DNA of 64,000 nucleotides from the NCBI GenBank assembly GCA_965222375.1, contig CBDCTZ010000016.1, forward strand, positions 1 to 64,000. The letters run 5' to 3'. This document shows, piece by piece, positions 38,400 through 48,390 of this stretch (within the stretch, counting starts at the first letter, position 1; every line of letters begins with the position of its first letter). The notes below the pieces were generated by a model that made no database searches, was not told the DNA's origin, and saw nothing but the letters and a program-made list of their open reading frames with translations. A program made the position numbers and the translations under genes. Source of the stretch: Polyangiaceae bacterium (GTDB taxonomy: Bacteria > Myxococcota_A > Polyangia > Polyangiales > Polyangiaceae).

Positions 38400-39515
38400 G
38401 TGTCGCTACGCGATTGGGTCGACTCAGAGTTGCGCAGGTTGGCGGAAGCAGAGTTGTTGCGGGTTTCCACACCCTCGAGTCAACGTGATGGGTTCATAGA
38501 TGCGTTCTCGAACGATTACTTCGGACTAGCTCGGGCGACCGTTTCACGTGCAACACTGCTCGGGCGTTCCCCGGGATCCGGAGCATCTCGCCTCATCTAC
38601 GGCACAAGCGCTGAACATGAGCGGCTCGAGTCCAACCTGGCCGATTGGGTCCACCTGCCCGCAGCACTTGTGTTCTCGAGCGGATACGCCGCCAACCTGG
38701 GCGTTCTGACGGCGCTTGCGGACCCGAACACCCTGATTGTGTCCGACGAACTCAACCACGCATCAATCATCGACGGCTGTCGCCTGGCCCGAGCGGAAGT
38801 CCGGGTTGTTCCCCACCTGGACGTAGCAGCCGTTGAAGCCGCGCTCGCCTCTGCAGCAAAGGACACGCGCTGCTTGGTCGCCACGGAGTCATACTTTTCG
38901 ATGGACGGCGACAGCCCCGACCTTGCGAGTCTGCGGGAGATCACCACGCGCCACGGAGCTGGCCTGATCGTGGACGAGGCCCATGCACTTGGCGTATTCG
39001 GCCCCGCAGGAGCGGGCCTCTGCGCCGCCGCAGGTATCACTCCCGACATCGTGATCGGGACCCTGGGCAAGGCCGTAGGAGTCCAGGGCGCCTTCGTCGC
39101 GAGCTCGGCGCCACTACGAACCCTACTCTGGAACCGAGCACGAAGCTTCGTCTTCTCCACTGCCACGTCGCCGGCCCTGTCCGCCCTCATCAACGCTAAC
39201 GTCGAAATCCTGCGCGAGGCACACGCCCAACGGGCAACCTTGCTTGAAAACGCCAGCCGCCTACGCACGGCGATGTCTGGGCTCGTCGCGGAGCCGATTC
39301 CCAACATCGGCCCGATCGTCCCCCTCAGAACCGGCAGCTGGAAACGGGCGAAGCAGTGCGAAGACGCACTGCGGGAACACGGCATCCTCTCCCGCGCCGT
39401 CCGCCCTCCAACGGTCCCAGCCGGAACCGACCGGGTGCGCCTGACGGCCCACGCCGATTGGGAACGCGACGTACCCGACCGGATCGCCGCAGCCCTACGC
39501 GGCGCCCTGGCGTAG
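38400..39515 (+). CDS. bioF: 8-amino-7-oxononanoate synthase
   Basis: SNDYFGL, GSGASRL, SGYAAN, SDELNHASIIDG, FSMDGD, VDEAHALG, GTLGKA, RPPTVP. Confidence 0.95.
   Translation: MSLRDWVDSELRRLAEAELLRVSTPSSQRDGFIDAFSNDYFGLARATVSRATLLGRSPGSGASRLIYGTSAEHERLESNLADWVHLPAALVFSSGYAANLGVLTALADPNTLIVSDELNHASIIDGCRLARAEVRVVPHLDVAAVEAALASAAKDTRCLVATESYFSMDGDSPDLASLREITTRHGAGLIVDEAHALGVFGPAGAGLCAAAGITPDIVIGTLGKAVGVQGAFVASSAPLRTLLWNRARSFVFSTATSPALSALINANVEILREAHAQRATLLENASRLRTAMSGLVAEPIPNIGPIVPLRTGSWKRAKQCEDALREHGILSRAVRPPTVPAGTDRVRLTAHADWERDVPDRIAAALRGALA
38540..38555. promoter_or_regulatory. parS-like site inside bioF
   Basis: CGTTTCACGTGCAACA, 14/16 to TGTTTCACGTGAAACA. Confidence 0.55.
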
Positions 39516-39746
39516 CACCAACCGGAAACGATGGAGCGCGCCTCACCGCCCGCACCGACTGGGAACGCCCCGTACTCGACCGGATCGCCGCAGCCCTACG
39601 AGGCGCCCTGGCATAGCACCAACCGGAAACGATTGAGCGCGCCTGACCGCCCGCACCGATTGCGAAACGACGTACCCGACCGGATCGCCGCAGCCCTGGG
39701 CGGCGCACCAACCGAAAACGACTGGGCTTAGCACTAACCGAAAACG
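39417..39746 (+). repeat. 101-bp tandem repeat of the bioF 3' end (about 3 copies plus short tails)
   Basis: Units start at 39417, 39518, 39619; partial units at 39708 and 39734; invariant core CGACCGGATCGCCGCAGCCCT. Confidence 0.95.
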
Positions 39747-40100
39747 AACAGGCTACGGACCCCCGCCCTACTCCGCGCCGCCCCGCGATGGCGGCATCGT
39801 CCGATCCGCTGAGGCGCCCTAGCCCCAGGCGAAGAGCCTGGAACCGCCAAGCCGCGAAGGTCGCCTAGCCGTGCTTCCGAGCCGCCCGACAACCCGACGT
39901 CCTCGGAGCGGGGACCTCACTGTCGACAGACGCGCGGTCTTCTCGCCGTATCGAAAGGTGAACCGTCAAGCGTCACGCCCCTCGGGAAGGGGTGAACAAG
40001 GAGGAGCGTTATGCCTCCAACACACGACGCGCCAAAGCGCGACCCGGCGCGAGACTAGCGAGGAAGCGCCGACCCAGCGACGCGACCCAACCAACCCAAC

Positions 40101-40763
40101 CTAACGCACCGCGTCATTCGCTACCCGGCCCGATTCCAAACGAAGCACGCGAGCCTTCAAGTGAGCCGCCATTCCGGGCGTGTGATTGACCACGACGACC
40201 AACGCGCCTCTCGCAACCTCCGCCTGCAGGATCAGCTCCAAGCGCTCCGCGCTCGCCGGGTCCAACCCGGTGAATGGTTCGTCCAGCAACACGACCGATG
40301 GCTCATGAACCAAAGCGCGCGCCAATGCGATTCGCTGTTTTTGTCCACGAGATAACGAACCGAAGGGCCGACGCCCAAAGGCCTCCGCCCCGACTCGGGC
40401 GCAAACCCGCTCCCAGCTACCGGACACCTCACATCCGTACAGCCTGGCAGCCAGCTCGACGTTCTCTTGTCCGCTCAACTCCCGGTAGCAAAACCCCTCG
40501 TGGGCCACCCATCCGATCTGACCTCGAATTGCGGCCAGATCCTCGCCGAAGGGCGGATAGCTCACGGCGCCACGCGTGGGCTTCAACAACGTCCCGACCA
40601 CTGCCAATAGCGTGCTTTTCCCCGCCCCATTCGGCCCTTCGAGGAACACCAGGGAACCGGCCTCAAACTCTGTCGAAACCCCGCGGAGAGCGGCCGTTCC
40701 CCCGAACATCCGGGTGACACCCGTCACGACCACACGCTCGACACCCGCCACGCTCCGGCCCAT
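40101..40763 (-). CDS. ABC transporter ATP-binding protein (CcmA-like)
   Basis: GPNGAGKST, LSRGQKQR, LLDEPFTGLD, H-loop. Confidence 0.85.
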   Translation of the reverse strand: MGRSVAGVERVVVTGVTRMFGGTAALRGVSTEFEAGSLVFLEGPNGAGKSTLLAVVGTLLKPTRGAVSYPPFGEDLAAIRGQIGWVAHEGFCYRELSGQENVELAARLYGCEVSGSWERVCARVGAEAFGRRPFGSLSRGQKQRIALARALVHEPSVVLLDEPFTGLDPASAERLELILQAEVARGALVVVVNHTPGMAAHLKARVLRLESGRVANDAVR

Positions 40764-40836
40764 ACCACACGCTAACCCCCATCCCCGCCTTTTCCCCTTA
40801 CCGATTTGCCCCACACCACGTGCTACGATGCCCACG

Positions 40837-41802
40837 ATGACCTCATCCGCGGTCGCCATTAGCGGCGAGCGACTTGAGCGCCTCACAGAGCTCAAACAAG
40901 CAGTCGAACGCGCCCTCGAAGGAAAGCCCGCGGTGGTCGAGCTCGCCGTCGTTGCGCTGCTGTCCCGCGGACATGTCCTGATCGAGGACGTGCCGGGCGT
41001 GGGCAAGACAACCCTTGCACGCGCTTTGGCCCGGGCCATCGGCGGCGACATGAAGCGCGTGCAGTTCACGAGCGATCTTTTGCCGAGCGATGTCTTGGGC
41101 GTTTCGGTCTACGACCAACGCACCACCGAGTTTTCACTCCGCCAGGGGCCAATCTTTTCGAACCTGCTCTTGGCCGACGAGATCAACCGCGCCAGCCCCC
41201 GCACCCAGTCCGCTTTGCTGGAAGCGATGAACGACAACCAGGTCTCTATCGATGGCAAGACTCTGCCGTTGCCGGACCCCTTCTTCGTGGTTGCCACACA
41301 GAACCCCCAAGACTTCACTGGCACCTTCCCGCTGCCCGAGTCGCAACTCGACCGATTCATGTTGCGGCTACGCATCGGCTATCCTCCGCCCCACGTCGAG
41401 ACCCGCTTGATGATGGAGCCCGAGGGTGATCGAGTGGAGAAAGTCCCGACGGTCCTCGACCCCCAGTCCCTGGTGGAACTCCAGCGGGAGGTCGATCGCG
41501 TCAGCATGGACGCCGCTTTGGGCACCTACCTGCAAGCTCTGGTTACGGCGACGCGCTCGACGCCATCGTTGGCGCTGGGAGCTTCCACCCGTGCCGGCAT
41601 GAATCTGAGCCGCGCGTCTCGAGCTCGCGCCCTCCTTTCGGGGCGGCGCTACTGCATCGCCGACGACATTCACGACTTGGCCGTCCCCTTGCTCGCGCAC
41701 CGCGTACGCCTGGCCTCCCACGCGGAAGGCTACGTACCGTCACGCGAGGAAGCCGAGTCCGCCGTCCGGGACGTCATCGCGCGCGTCCCCGTACCGCTCT
41801 AA
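40837..41802 (+). CDS. moxR: MoxR-family AAA+ ATPase
   Basis: GHVLIEDVPGVGKT, QFTSDLLPSD, LADEINRA, ATQNP, LPESQLDRF. Confidence 0.95.
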   Translation: MTSSAVAISGERLERLTELKQAVERALEGKPAVVELAVVALLSRGHVLIEDVPGVGKTTLARALARAIGGDMKRVQFTSDLLPSDVLGVSVYDQRTTEFSLRQGPIFSNLLLADEINRASPRTQSALLEAMNDNQVSIDGKTLPLPDPFFVVATQNPQDFTGTFPLPESQLDRFMLRLRIGYPPPHVETRLMMEPEGDRVEKVPTVLDPQSLVELQREVDRVSMDAALGTYLQALVTATRSTPSLALGASTRAGMNLSRASRARALLSGRRYCIADDIHDLAVPLLAHRVRLASHAEGYVPSREEAESAVRDVIARVPVPL

Positions 41803-41807
41803 GCGCC

Positions 41808-42911
41808 GTGGCCCGCGCTCGGTCGAACCACCCGGACTTGCCCCAACCGCCCCTGGAGCGGTCCCGCGGCAACACACGACTGGCGCGCTTTCTGCGCTGG
41901 TTCCGTCCGCCCCGAAAACTCAAACTGACCCGAGAAGGCAAGTACTTCATCGGTATCACTTTCGGCGTTGGCTTCGCAGCCATCAATACGGGCAACAACC
42001 TGCTGTACCTGCTGCTGGGCATGCTGCTGTCGCTGATCGTCGTCTCCGGCGTGATGAGCGAACTCAGTCTTCGCCACCTCACGGTCGTTCGACGCCTGCC
42101 GCCACGAGCCCAAGTCGGGCGACCCCACTTGGTCGAGATCGAGGTCTACAACCACAAGCAGCGCATTCCTTCCTACGCCATCGAGATCGAAGACCTGCGA
42201 GCTGGGCAACCCGCGGACAAACGCTGCTTCTTCCTGAAGATAAGCCCGAGATCTGCCCAAGTGGCGGCCTACCGCCGAACGCCGGCCCGACGCGGTCGCG
42301 ACCACCACGTCGGCTTTCGCGTCGCAACCCGCTTTCCCTTCGGGCTGTTCGAGAAGTCTCGAGAGCTGAGTGCCAAAGGCGACTTGATCATCTATCCGGC
42401 CGTGGACGCCGTCCGACTGCCCCCGGACCAGGCCGGGCGCCGCGCCGGCGGTGAAGGCGCGCTGGGTCGGGGATTTGGCGACGAGCTGCTTGGCGTGCGC
42501 CCGATGCGGGATGGCGACGACCCAAGAGACATCTATTGGCGCAAGAGCACGATGCCGACCCAGCTGGTCCTGCGAGAACGCGCCAAAGAGACCCGCAGGG
42601 ACGTCGAGTACATCATCGACTCGATTCACCCCGGCGACGAGCCGGAAGACCCGTGGTCCGACCGCTTCGAACGGCGGATTCGCGACGTCGCTTCCCGCAG
42701 TGTGGCTCACCTGAAACGGGGAGACGCCGTTTCCGTCCGGACCTCCGCGGGAGAACGTACCCGCGCTAGCAGCGCCGGAGGGGCGGACCCACTGCTGCGC
42801 TTCTTGGCCCTGTTGCAGGCAACCCCGGAACACCGCGCGAAGACCGACCCGAGTATCCGCAGCAAGAAGTCCTCCAAGCCATCAGAAACGGAACTGAGGA
42901 AGGCTTCGTGA
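41808..42911 (+). CDS. DUF58 domain protein
   Basis: AAINTGNNLLYL, TRFPFGLF, R...GDDPRDIYWRKS. Confidence 0.9.
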   Translation: MARARSNHPDLPQPPLERSRGNTRLARFLRWFRPPRKLKLTREGKYFIGITFGVGFAAINTGNNLLYLLLGMLLSLIVVSGVMSELSLRHLTVVRRLPPRAQVGRPHLVEIEVYNHKQRIPSYAIEIEDLRAGQPADKRCFFLKISPRSAQVAAYRRTPARRGRDHHVGFRVATRFPFGLFEKSRELSAKGDLIIYPAVDAVRLPPDQAGRRAGGEGALGRGFGDELLGVRPMRDGDDPRDIYWRKSTMPTQLVLRERAKETRRDVEYIIDSIHPGDEPEDPWSDRFERRIRDVASRSVAHLKRGDAVSVRTSAGERTRASSAGGADPLLRFLALLQATPEHRAKTDPSIRSKKSSKPSETELRKAS

Positions 42912-45061
42912 GGTTCGGGGTCATTCATCGGATCATGACCGACGCCCTGGCGGCGTTGGGCCTGCTTGCACTGATCACGAGTGGCGAGCTGAATCGTTGG
43001 GTCAGCACGGCAATCGTCGTGGGCATGGTGGTAGCGCTGGGCATTCCCGAGCGCTATCAAGACCGCGACTGGATGCGCCGAGTCGGGTTCTCGGCGCCGC
43101 TGGTGCTTCTCGCGCTCCAGACCACGCGCCTGTTCTTGGGTGGGTCCGTGCTGGGGATTGCCGTGGAGTTCGCCGCGGCGCTGCAGGTGGTGCGGCTGGC
43201 AACGCGCAGGGGGGCTGCCCACGACCAACAGGTCATCGTCCTGGCTCTGCTCCATCTGATCGCCGGCACGGTACTGGGAGGCGGCCTGGCCTACGGCCTA
43301 TGCTTCTTAGGATTCCTGGTCGTGGCGCCGGGCGCCTTGGTCCTCAGCCACCTTCGGCGAGAGGTCGAAGGCAACTACCGCCAGGGCGCGCGGGATCGAA
43401 CCGGCTTGCCCGTGGACGTGCCCCGTATCCTCCGCAGTCGGCGGGTGATCGGAAAGAACTTCCTGGTCTTCACCTGCCTGCTGTCCATCCCGATCTTCCT
43501 CTTCACGGCACTGTTGTTTGTGCTCTTCCCCCGGGTCGGGCTGAGCCTTTTGTTGCTCAACCACTCACGCCCCGAGCGCATGATTGGTTTCTCGGACCGC
43601 GTGGACCTGGGCGGCGTCGGCAAGCTCCGCAGCGATCCCACCATCGCCATGCGGGTCGACATTCCCGACCTGCCCGCCGACCCGCCACCGCGCCTAGCTC
43701 TCTATCTCCGGGGCACGGCCTTCGACCAATATGACGGGCGCGCGTGGTCGCGGTCCAAGAAGCTGCGCGTCGCCGCGGACGCCCACGGGCCCAATGTGCG
43801 CATCAAGCGCTTCCCAAACCCAGCGTCGGACCGGAAGATCATCATCGACCTGGAGCCCATCGAGCCCCCGGTCCTGTTCCTGCCACCGGACGCGGTAGCT
43901 CTGCGAGTGATGCCCCGGGGAACGCCCCTGCTGGGCGGCGGCCCCACCGTGTTGAAAGGACCGGAGGACGAGCTCAAGTACTCCAGCCTGGATGATCGCG
44001 GCCTACGCTACGAGGTGTACCTGGCTGGCAAGGACGAGCCCCGGCCCCGCAAGCTCTCGCGGAAGGATCGCGAGCGCTATCTCCGGCTACCCGCCGACGT
44101 GACTCCACGGATCCGGGAGCTGGCCCGCAGCTGGGCCAAGGGCGCCAAGACCGACTTCGCCACCGCCAAGCGCGTAGAGGCGCGCTTGCGTACGGACTAC
44201 AAATACGATCTCGAGTCGCCGTCAGGAGCGTCGTCCAACCCCCTCGACCACTTCCTTTTCGAGAGCAAGAGCGGTCATTGCGAGTTCTACAGCACTGCCA
44301 TGGCCGTGATGCTTCGGGTGGAGGGGATCCCGAGTCGCAACGTAACGGGCTTCATCGGCGGGACCTACAACCGATTCGGCAACTTCTACGCAGTACGTCA
44401 GGGCGACGCCCACTCCTGGGTGGAGGTGTACATCGAGAACAAGGGCTGGACGCGCTTCGACCCGACGCCTCCCTCGGACGCGGCGCCGCGGAGCGAGATC
44501 TCTGGAGTCTTGGCGTTCATTCGGGACCTCGTCGAAGCATCGGCGCAACGCTGGAACCGCCACATCGTCGGCTACGACTTCAAGCAGCAGGTCTCGCTCT
44601 TCCGCAACGTGCGCAACCGCTATTCCACCCTCCGTTCGCGGAGCGAGGTCCTCAGCGCCTTGTCACCTCAGCGGGTTGGGTTCCTCTTTCTCGGCCTCGT
44701 GCTGGTCGCTGGTGGCGTGTACTGGATGCGCCGCGGTCGGAAGAAGGATGACGGCGAGGAAGCCAAGACTGAGCAAAAGGAGCGGGACGCCAGACGCGCG
44801 GTGGAGCTTTACCGCGCGCTCGAGGCCGTCCTGCTACAGATCGGCGTGCCTCGGCCAACCAGCACTCCGCCGTGGGCTCACGCAAGAGCACTTCAGCAGA
44901 TCGGTCACCCCGGTGCCGATACCATCGTCGAGTTGACGAAGCTGTACGTCGCCGCCCGCTTTGGGGGCGAGGCGTTGACCGATGAGCAGCGCAAGAAGTT
45001 TGTGGAAGACACCCGCGAACTCAAGCGGATCCGCAAGCCACCGGAACGAGAAGCCGCTTAG
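42908..45061 (+). CDS. Membrane transglutaminase-like protein (TgpA type)
   Basis: N-terminal TMs, LFPR, YLRG.AFD.YDG; triad motifs GHCEFYS, AHSWVEVY, FDPTP. Confidence 0.92.
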   Translation: MRFGVIHRIMTDALAALGLLALITSGELNRWVSTAIVVGMVVALGIPERYQDRDWMRRVGFSAPLVLLALQTTRLFLGGSVLGIAVEFAAALQVVRLATRRGAAHDQQVIVLALLHLIAGTVLGGGLAYGLCFLGFLVVAPGALVLSHLRREVEGNYRQGARDRTGLPVDVPRILRSRRVIGKNFLVFTCLLSIPIFLFTALLFVLFPRVGLSLLLLNHSRPERMIGFSDRVDLGGVGKLRSDPTIAMRVDIPDLPADPPPRLALYLRGTAFDQYDGRAWSRSKKLRVAADAHGPNVRIKRFPNPASDRKIIIDLEPIEPPVLFLPPDAVALRVMPRGTPLLGGGPTVLKGPEDELKYSSLDDRGLRYEVYLAGKDEPRPRKLSRKDRERYLRLPADVTPRIRELARSWAKGAKTDFATAKRVEARLRTDYKYDLESPSGASSNPLDHFLFESKSGHCEFYSTAMAVMLRVEGIPSRNVTGFIGGTYNRFGNFYAVRQGDAHSWVEVYIENKGWTRFDPTPPSDAAPRSEISGVLAFIRDLVEASAQRWNRHIVGYDFKQQVSLFRNVRNRYSTLRSRSEVLSALSPQRVGFLFLGLVLVAGGVYWMRRGRKKDDGEEAKTEQKERDARRAVELYRALEAVLLQIGVPRPTSTPPWAHARALQQIGHPGADTIVELTKLYVAARFGGEALTDEQRKKFVEDTRELKRIRKPPEREAA

Positions 45062-45504
45062 CTGGAACGCCGAAGGACGACCCGTGGCGCGTCGTCCTTC
45101 GCGGATGCCCAACCCACCGCGGCACCTTGACCAGGACGAGCAGTGCGTGCATCGAACTCCAAATTCGGTGCTCCCGGCTCGACCCAAGCAACGATGTCGC
45201 CAGCGTCCGCAGTCGTGTCGTCCGCGAGCTGCACGAGCCGCACCGGAACCCCCTTCCGCAGCTCTTCGGCGGTGACCGAACGCTGGTAGGAGCCCAGGGG
45301 CCGCGCGCCGTGACCCAGTGCCCCGCCCTCCACGCTGCCCTCGGGGTAGGAGTGAACGATCAGGCGGAACTCACCGTCGACGTCATCGGGCACGTCGTCG
45401 GATGCGACTTCAGCCTGCAAAACCAGCGCGCCCAAACCCAGCGACGTTGCCGCCACCAGATTGAGCCAACCGGCTCGGTGCTTTGGGCTGTGACCGCTGG
45501 TCAT
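45058..45504 (-). CDS. Hypothetical exported protein
   Basis: Signal-like N-terminus; sigma54-like promoter immediately upstream. Confidence 0.6.
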   Translation of the reverse strand: MTSGHSPKHRAGWLNLVAATSLGLGALVLQAEVASDDVPDDVDGEFRLIVHSYPEGSVEGGALGHGARPLGSYQRSVTAEELRKGVPVRLVQLADDTTADAGDIVAWVEPGAPNLEFDARTARPGQGAAVGWASAKDDAPRVVLRRSS

Positions 45505-45516
45505 GCTTCTCGGGTA

Positions 45517-45532
45517 AGCACGCCTCGTGCCA
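45517..45532 (-). promoter_or_regulatory. Sigma54 (-24/-12)-like promoter
   Basis: TGGCACGAGGCGTGCT versus TGGCACG-N4-TTGCW, one mismatch. Confidence 0.55.
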
Positions 45533-45581
45533 CAGCAATGGTTCCGGACGATTTGCCCGTTTTTCCGGGCTTCCGGATCAG

Positions 45582-45590
45582 TTATCCACA
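45582..45590 (+). promoter_or_regulatory. Single consensus DnaA box
   Basis: TTATCCACA in intergenic DNA. Confidence 0.35.
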
Positions 45591-45642
45591 GGGACTCGGC
45601 GTCAGAGGCGTGGCGATTTCGACGCGCGCCATGGCACTCGTG

Positions 45643-47034
45643 TCAACGTTTCGACGCGATCGCGGTGGCCCAGGCCAGCGCGCCGGCACAGCGGGCCTCC
45701 GACTTGGGACCCTCGGGGCCACGGCGAAATGGGCCTGCCGTCAGCACCAGATCTCGGCCCTTGCGCACCAGAGCGTAGGGGCCAGCATCGGCTCGCTCCC
45801 GACACAGCTTGTTGTTGCGCAGCGCCTTTTCGGCCTCCGCCCGGGGCACAAATTGCTGCTTGCCCTTCTTCGCGGCCAACACCCCGCGAGCGAAGGCTGT
45901 GCCGGCCCGCTTCGCTCCCGCCAAATCGTCGTAGCGGAGGTGCCAGGCCATGGCGACGTGGCCGCCCTTGCCGTACACGACCACGCGATCCCCGCCCCAG
46001 CCCGCAGCCGAGGCGATGGCGGTCTTCTGAGGCATCCATTCCTCGAAGAGCAACCGCACGGTCTGCTCGCCCATGATGTCGCGGTACAGCACCGCAGTGG
46101 GTCCGCCAGGAAACGCCTCAGGGATCCCAACCGGGTCCCCGGGTTCGTTGGCAGCGTATTTCTCCGGATGCAGAACTTGCTCGGTCGTACTCGGAGGCCG
46201 CGCCCAGATGGCATCGACCGCTGACCAACCTCCGCGACGCCGGGCCCAGTGAATCAGCCCGAGCCCGTCGACGTATGGAGCCACGACGGATCGCTTGACG
46301 AAGGTCGGCACCCCGCTGGTGGACGGCGACATCTCCATGCTGCCCTGAACCTCGAGGGCGATTAGATCATCGCTGATGTCGATGGCCGTCATGCCTCGGG
46401 GAGCCAGCATGTAGTCGAGCATGGCGCTGGTCGCGTCGCCCTCCGCGAGGGCATGAAAAGCGGAGATCTTGTCGCCCTTATCCTCGGCGAACTTGACCTT
46501 GGAGCCCAGGTCCCAGTGCTGATCCTGCAGCGCGTGCACGAGCTCGTGGGCGAGGGTGGCCTCACGCTCGGCGCCAACCAGGTCCTCGAGCAAGTACATG
46601 GTCTTGTCCCGCGGCTCGTAGAAGCCAGCCAGCTGGGACTTCAGTAGCGACAGCAGCGCCTTTTCGAAATCGAAATCCGCCGGGGCAACGCCGAGGCCGA
46701 ACAGCAATTCGTTCTGCGCCACCACCACGCGCTTGGGAATTTCCCGGTGGATCTGAGCCTTCACGTGCTTGAGCATTTTCGCGCGCGAGATCGTCTTACC
46801 CCGCACCGCTCCTTTGGCGGGGAGCTGACGGCGGCGGGAGACGTGCGCCAAGGCCGCCTTCACGACCGAGTCGGCGGTGAGGGAGTTGTCTTGCTTGTTG
46901 GGCGCTTCGGGCAATGCAGCCGGAGCAGCGGACGCAGGCGGCGCGACGTCCGGCGACGTCGGCGCGGGAGGTGGCGCCGAGGTGCAGCTGGCAGCGAATA
47001 GCCACAGCGCAAAGGCACAGGCCCGAGACTTCAC
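45643..47034 (-). CDS. Lipoprotein with HEXXH zinc-metallopeptidase motif
   Basis: Lipobox [41 protein letters not shown]. Confidence 0.85.
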   Translation of the reverse strand: MKSRACAFALWLFAASCTSAPPPAPTSPDVAPPASAAPAALPEAPNKQDNSLTADSVVKAALAHVSRRRQLPAKGAVRGKTISRAKMLKHVKAQIHREIPKRVVVAQNELLFGLGVAPADFDFEKALLSLLKSQLAGFYEPRDKTMYLLEDLVGAEREATLAHELVHALQDQHWDLGSKVKFAEDKGDKISAFHALAEGDATSAMLDYMLAPRGMTAIDISDDLIALEVQGSMEMSPSTSGVPTFVKRSVVAPYVDGLGLIHWARRRGGWSAVDAIWARPPSTTEQVLHPEKYAANEPGDPVGIPEAFPGGPTAVLYRDIMGEQTVRLLFEEWMPQKTAIASAAGWGGDRVVVYGKGGHVAMAWHLRYDDLAGAKRAGTAFARGVLAAKKGKQQFVPRAEAEKALRNNKLCRERADAGPYALVRKGRDLVLTAGPFRRGPEGPKSEARCAGALAWATAIASKR

Positions 47035-47699
47035 GCTAGCTCCGCAACTGAGGTGCGTATGTTGGAGATCGCCGCAGCTCGGTTCTTCGCTCCGAAGACT
47101 GCCGAACCCGCTACCAACACATCCGCACCCGCACCCACCACGGCGGCTGCCGTGTCCGGGGACACCCCACCGTCCACCTCGATTCGGACATCCAGACCCA
47201 GAGCGTCCACGCGCTCTCGCAGGGCACGGATCTTCGGCAGGGCGGCGGGGAGAAAGCTCTGCCCGCCGAAGCCCGGGTTCACGCTCATCACCAGAACCAG
47301 GTCCACGTCCGCAAGTACGTATTCGATGCTGCTCTCGTGAGTGTGCGGGTTCAACACGACGCCAGCCTTTTTCCCGAGGCCACGAATCACAGCAAGGGTG
47401 CGCTGCAAGTGTGTGCTGGCCTCGACGTGCACGCTAATGACATCTGCCCCGGCTTCGGCAAAGGCCTCCACATAGCGCTCGGGTTCCACGATCATCAAAT
47501 GAACGTCCAGAGGCAGCTTGGTCGCCTTCCGCGCCGCCTCGACGACAATTGGGCCCAACGTGATGTTCGGCACGAACCGGCCATCCATCACATCGACGTG
47601 GATCCAATCGGCTCCGCCTTTGTCTACCTCGGCCACCTCCTGTGCCAAGCGACCGAGATCTGCACTGAGGATGGAAGGAGCGATCTTCACCGCATTCAT
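47031..47699 (-). CDS. rpe: Ribulose-phosphate 3-epimerase
   Basis: [40 protein letters not shown]. Confidence 0.97.
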   Translation of the reverse strand: MNAVKIAPSILSADLGRLAQEVAEVDKGGADWIHVDVMDGRFVPNITLGPIVVEAARKATKLPLDVHLMIVEPERYVEAFAEAGADVISVHVEASTHLQRTLAVIRGLGKKAGVVLNPHTHESSIEYVLADVDLVLVMSVNPGFGGQSFLPAALPKIRALRERVDALGLDVRIEVDGGVSPDTAAAVVGAGADVLVAGSAVFGAKNRAAAISNIRTSVAELA

Positions 47700-47826
47700 C
47701 ACTAGTGCAGATACACGAGGGCTCGGCCGAGTGCCACTGCCCAGCGGGAACAAAGCTCGCAGAAGAACGCGCTTCCTCTTGCCCTCGAACCGCCGGACCG
47801 GGCTATGCTGAGGCTTGCCCCGGCCA

Positions 47827-48267
47827 ATGCTCACCCGCCCCCTTGGAAAACAGGACTACGACCACATCGTTCAGGTGATCGATAGATGGTGGGGCGGACC
47901 AACGAGCGCACTGGCCCACCCGATCTTTTTCTACGAGCTCGGAAACCTGAGCCGGGTCGTGGAGCATGACGGCGTCCTGGTGGGCTTCCTTTTTGGGTTC
48001 ATCACCCCGGGCCCGCCCAAGACCGGATACGTACACCTCGTCGGGATCCACCCAGACTACCGGCGCCGCGGGGTTGGCAAGGTGATGTATCAGAGCTTCG
48101 AAGAGGACTGCCGTGCGGCGCAATGCGCGCGCCTCAAAGCGATCACCACCACCGGCAACGAGGGGTCCATCGCCTTTCACAGGGCCACGGGCTGGACCGT
48201 GTCGACCGTGGACGACTATGCGGGCCCCGCGCGGCCCCGGATCGTGTTTCACAAAACCCTAGAGTGA
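47827..48267 (+). CDS. GNAT-family acetyltransferase
   Basis: [18 protein letters not shown] and N..SIAFH..GW. Confidence 0.9.
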   Translation: MLTRPLGKQDYDHIVQVIDRWWGGPTSALAHPIFFYELGNLSRVVEHDGVLVGFLFGFITPGPPKTGYVHLVGIHPDYRRRGVGKVMYQSFEEDCRAAQCARLKAITTTGNEGSIAFHRATGWTVSTVDDYAGPARPRIVFHKTLE

Positions 48268-48390
48268 GCGAAACCCGCCTTCCGTCCGCGCTGCGAGGAA
48301 CGTTGGAACGCCAAATGGTAGCTCGGGATTTGATCCCGGTTGCACCGGGCGATAAGGTTGCAAGTGCAAGGTGCGGTCTGGAGGCCCGCC

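Noticed and set aside
39417..39746. bioF 3' repeats as a CRISPR array or DGR template/variable repeat
   Set aside because: No unique spacers and no cas or reverse transcriptase gene in the window; differences between copies are not adenine-specific
40837..45061. MoxR-DUF58-transglutaminase operon as a novel system
   Set aside because: Widespread, already described gene trio
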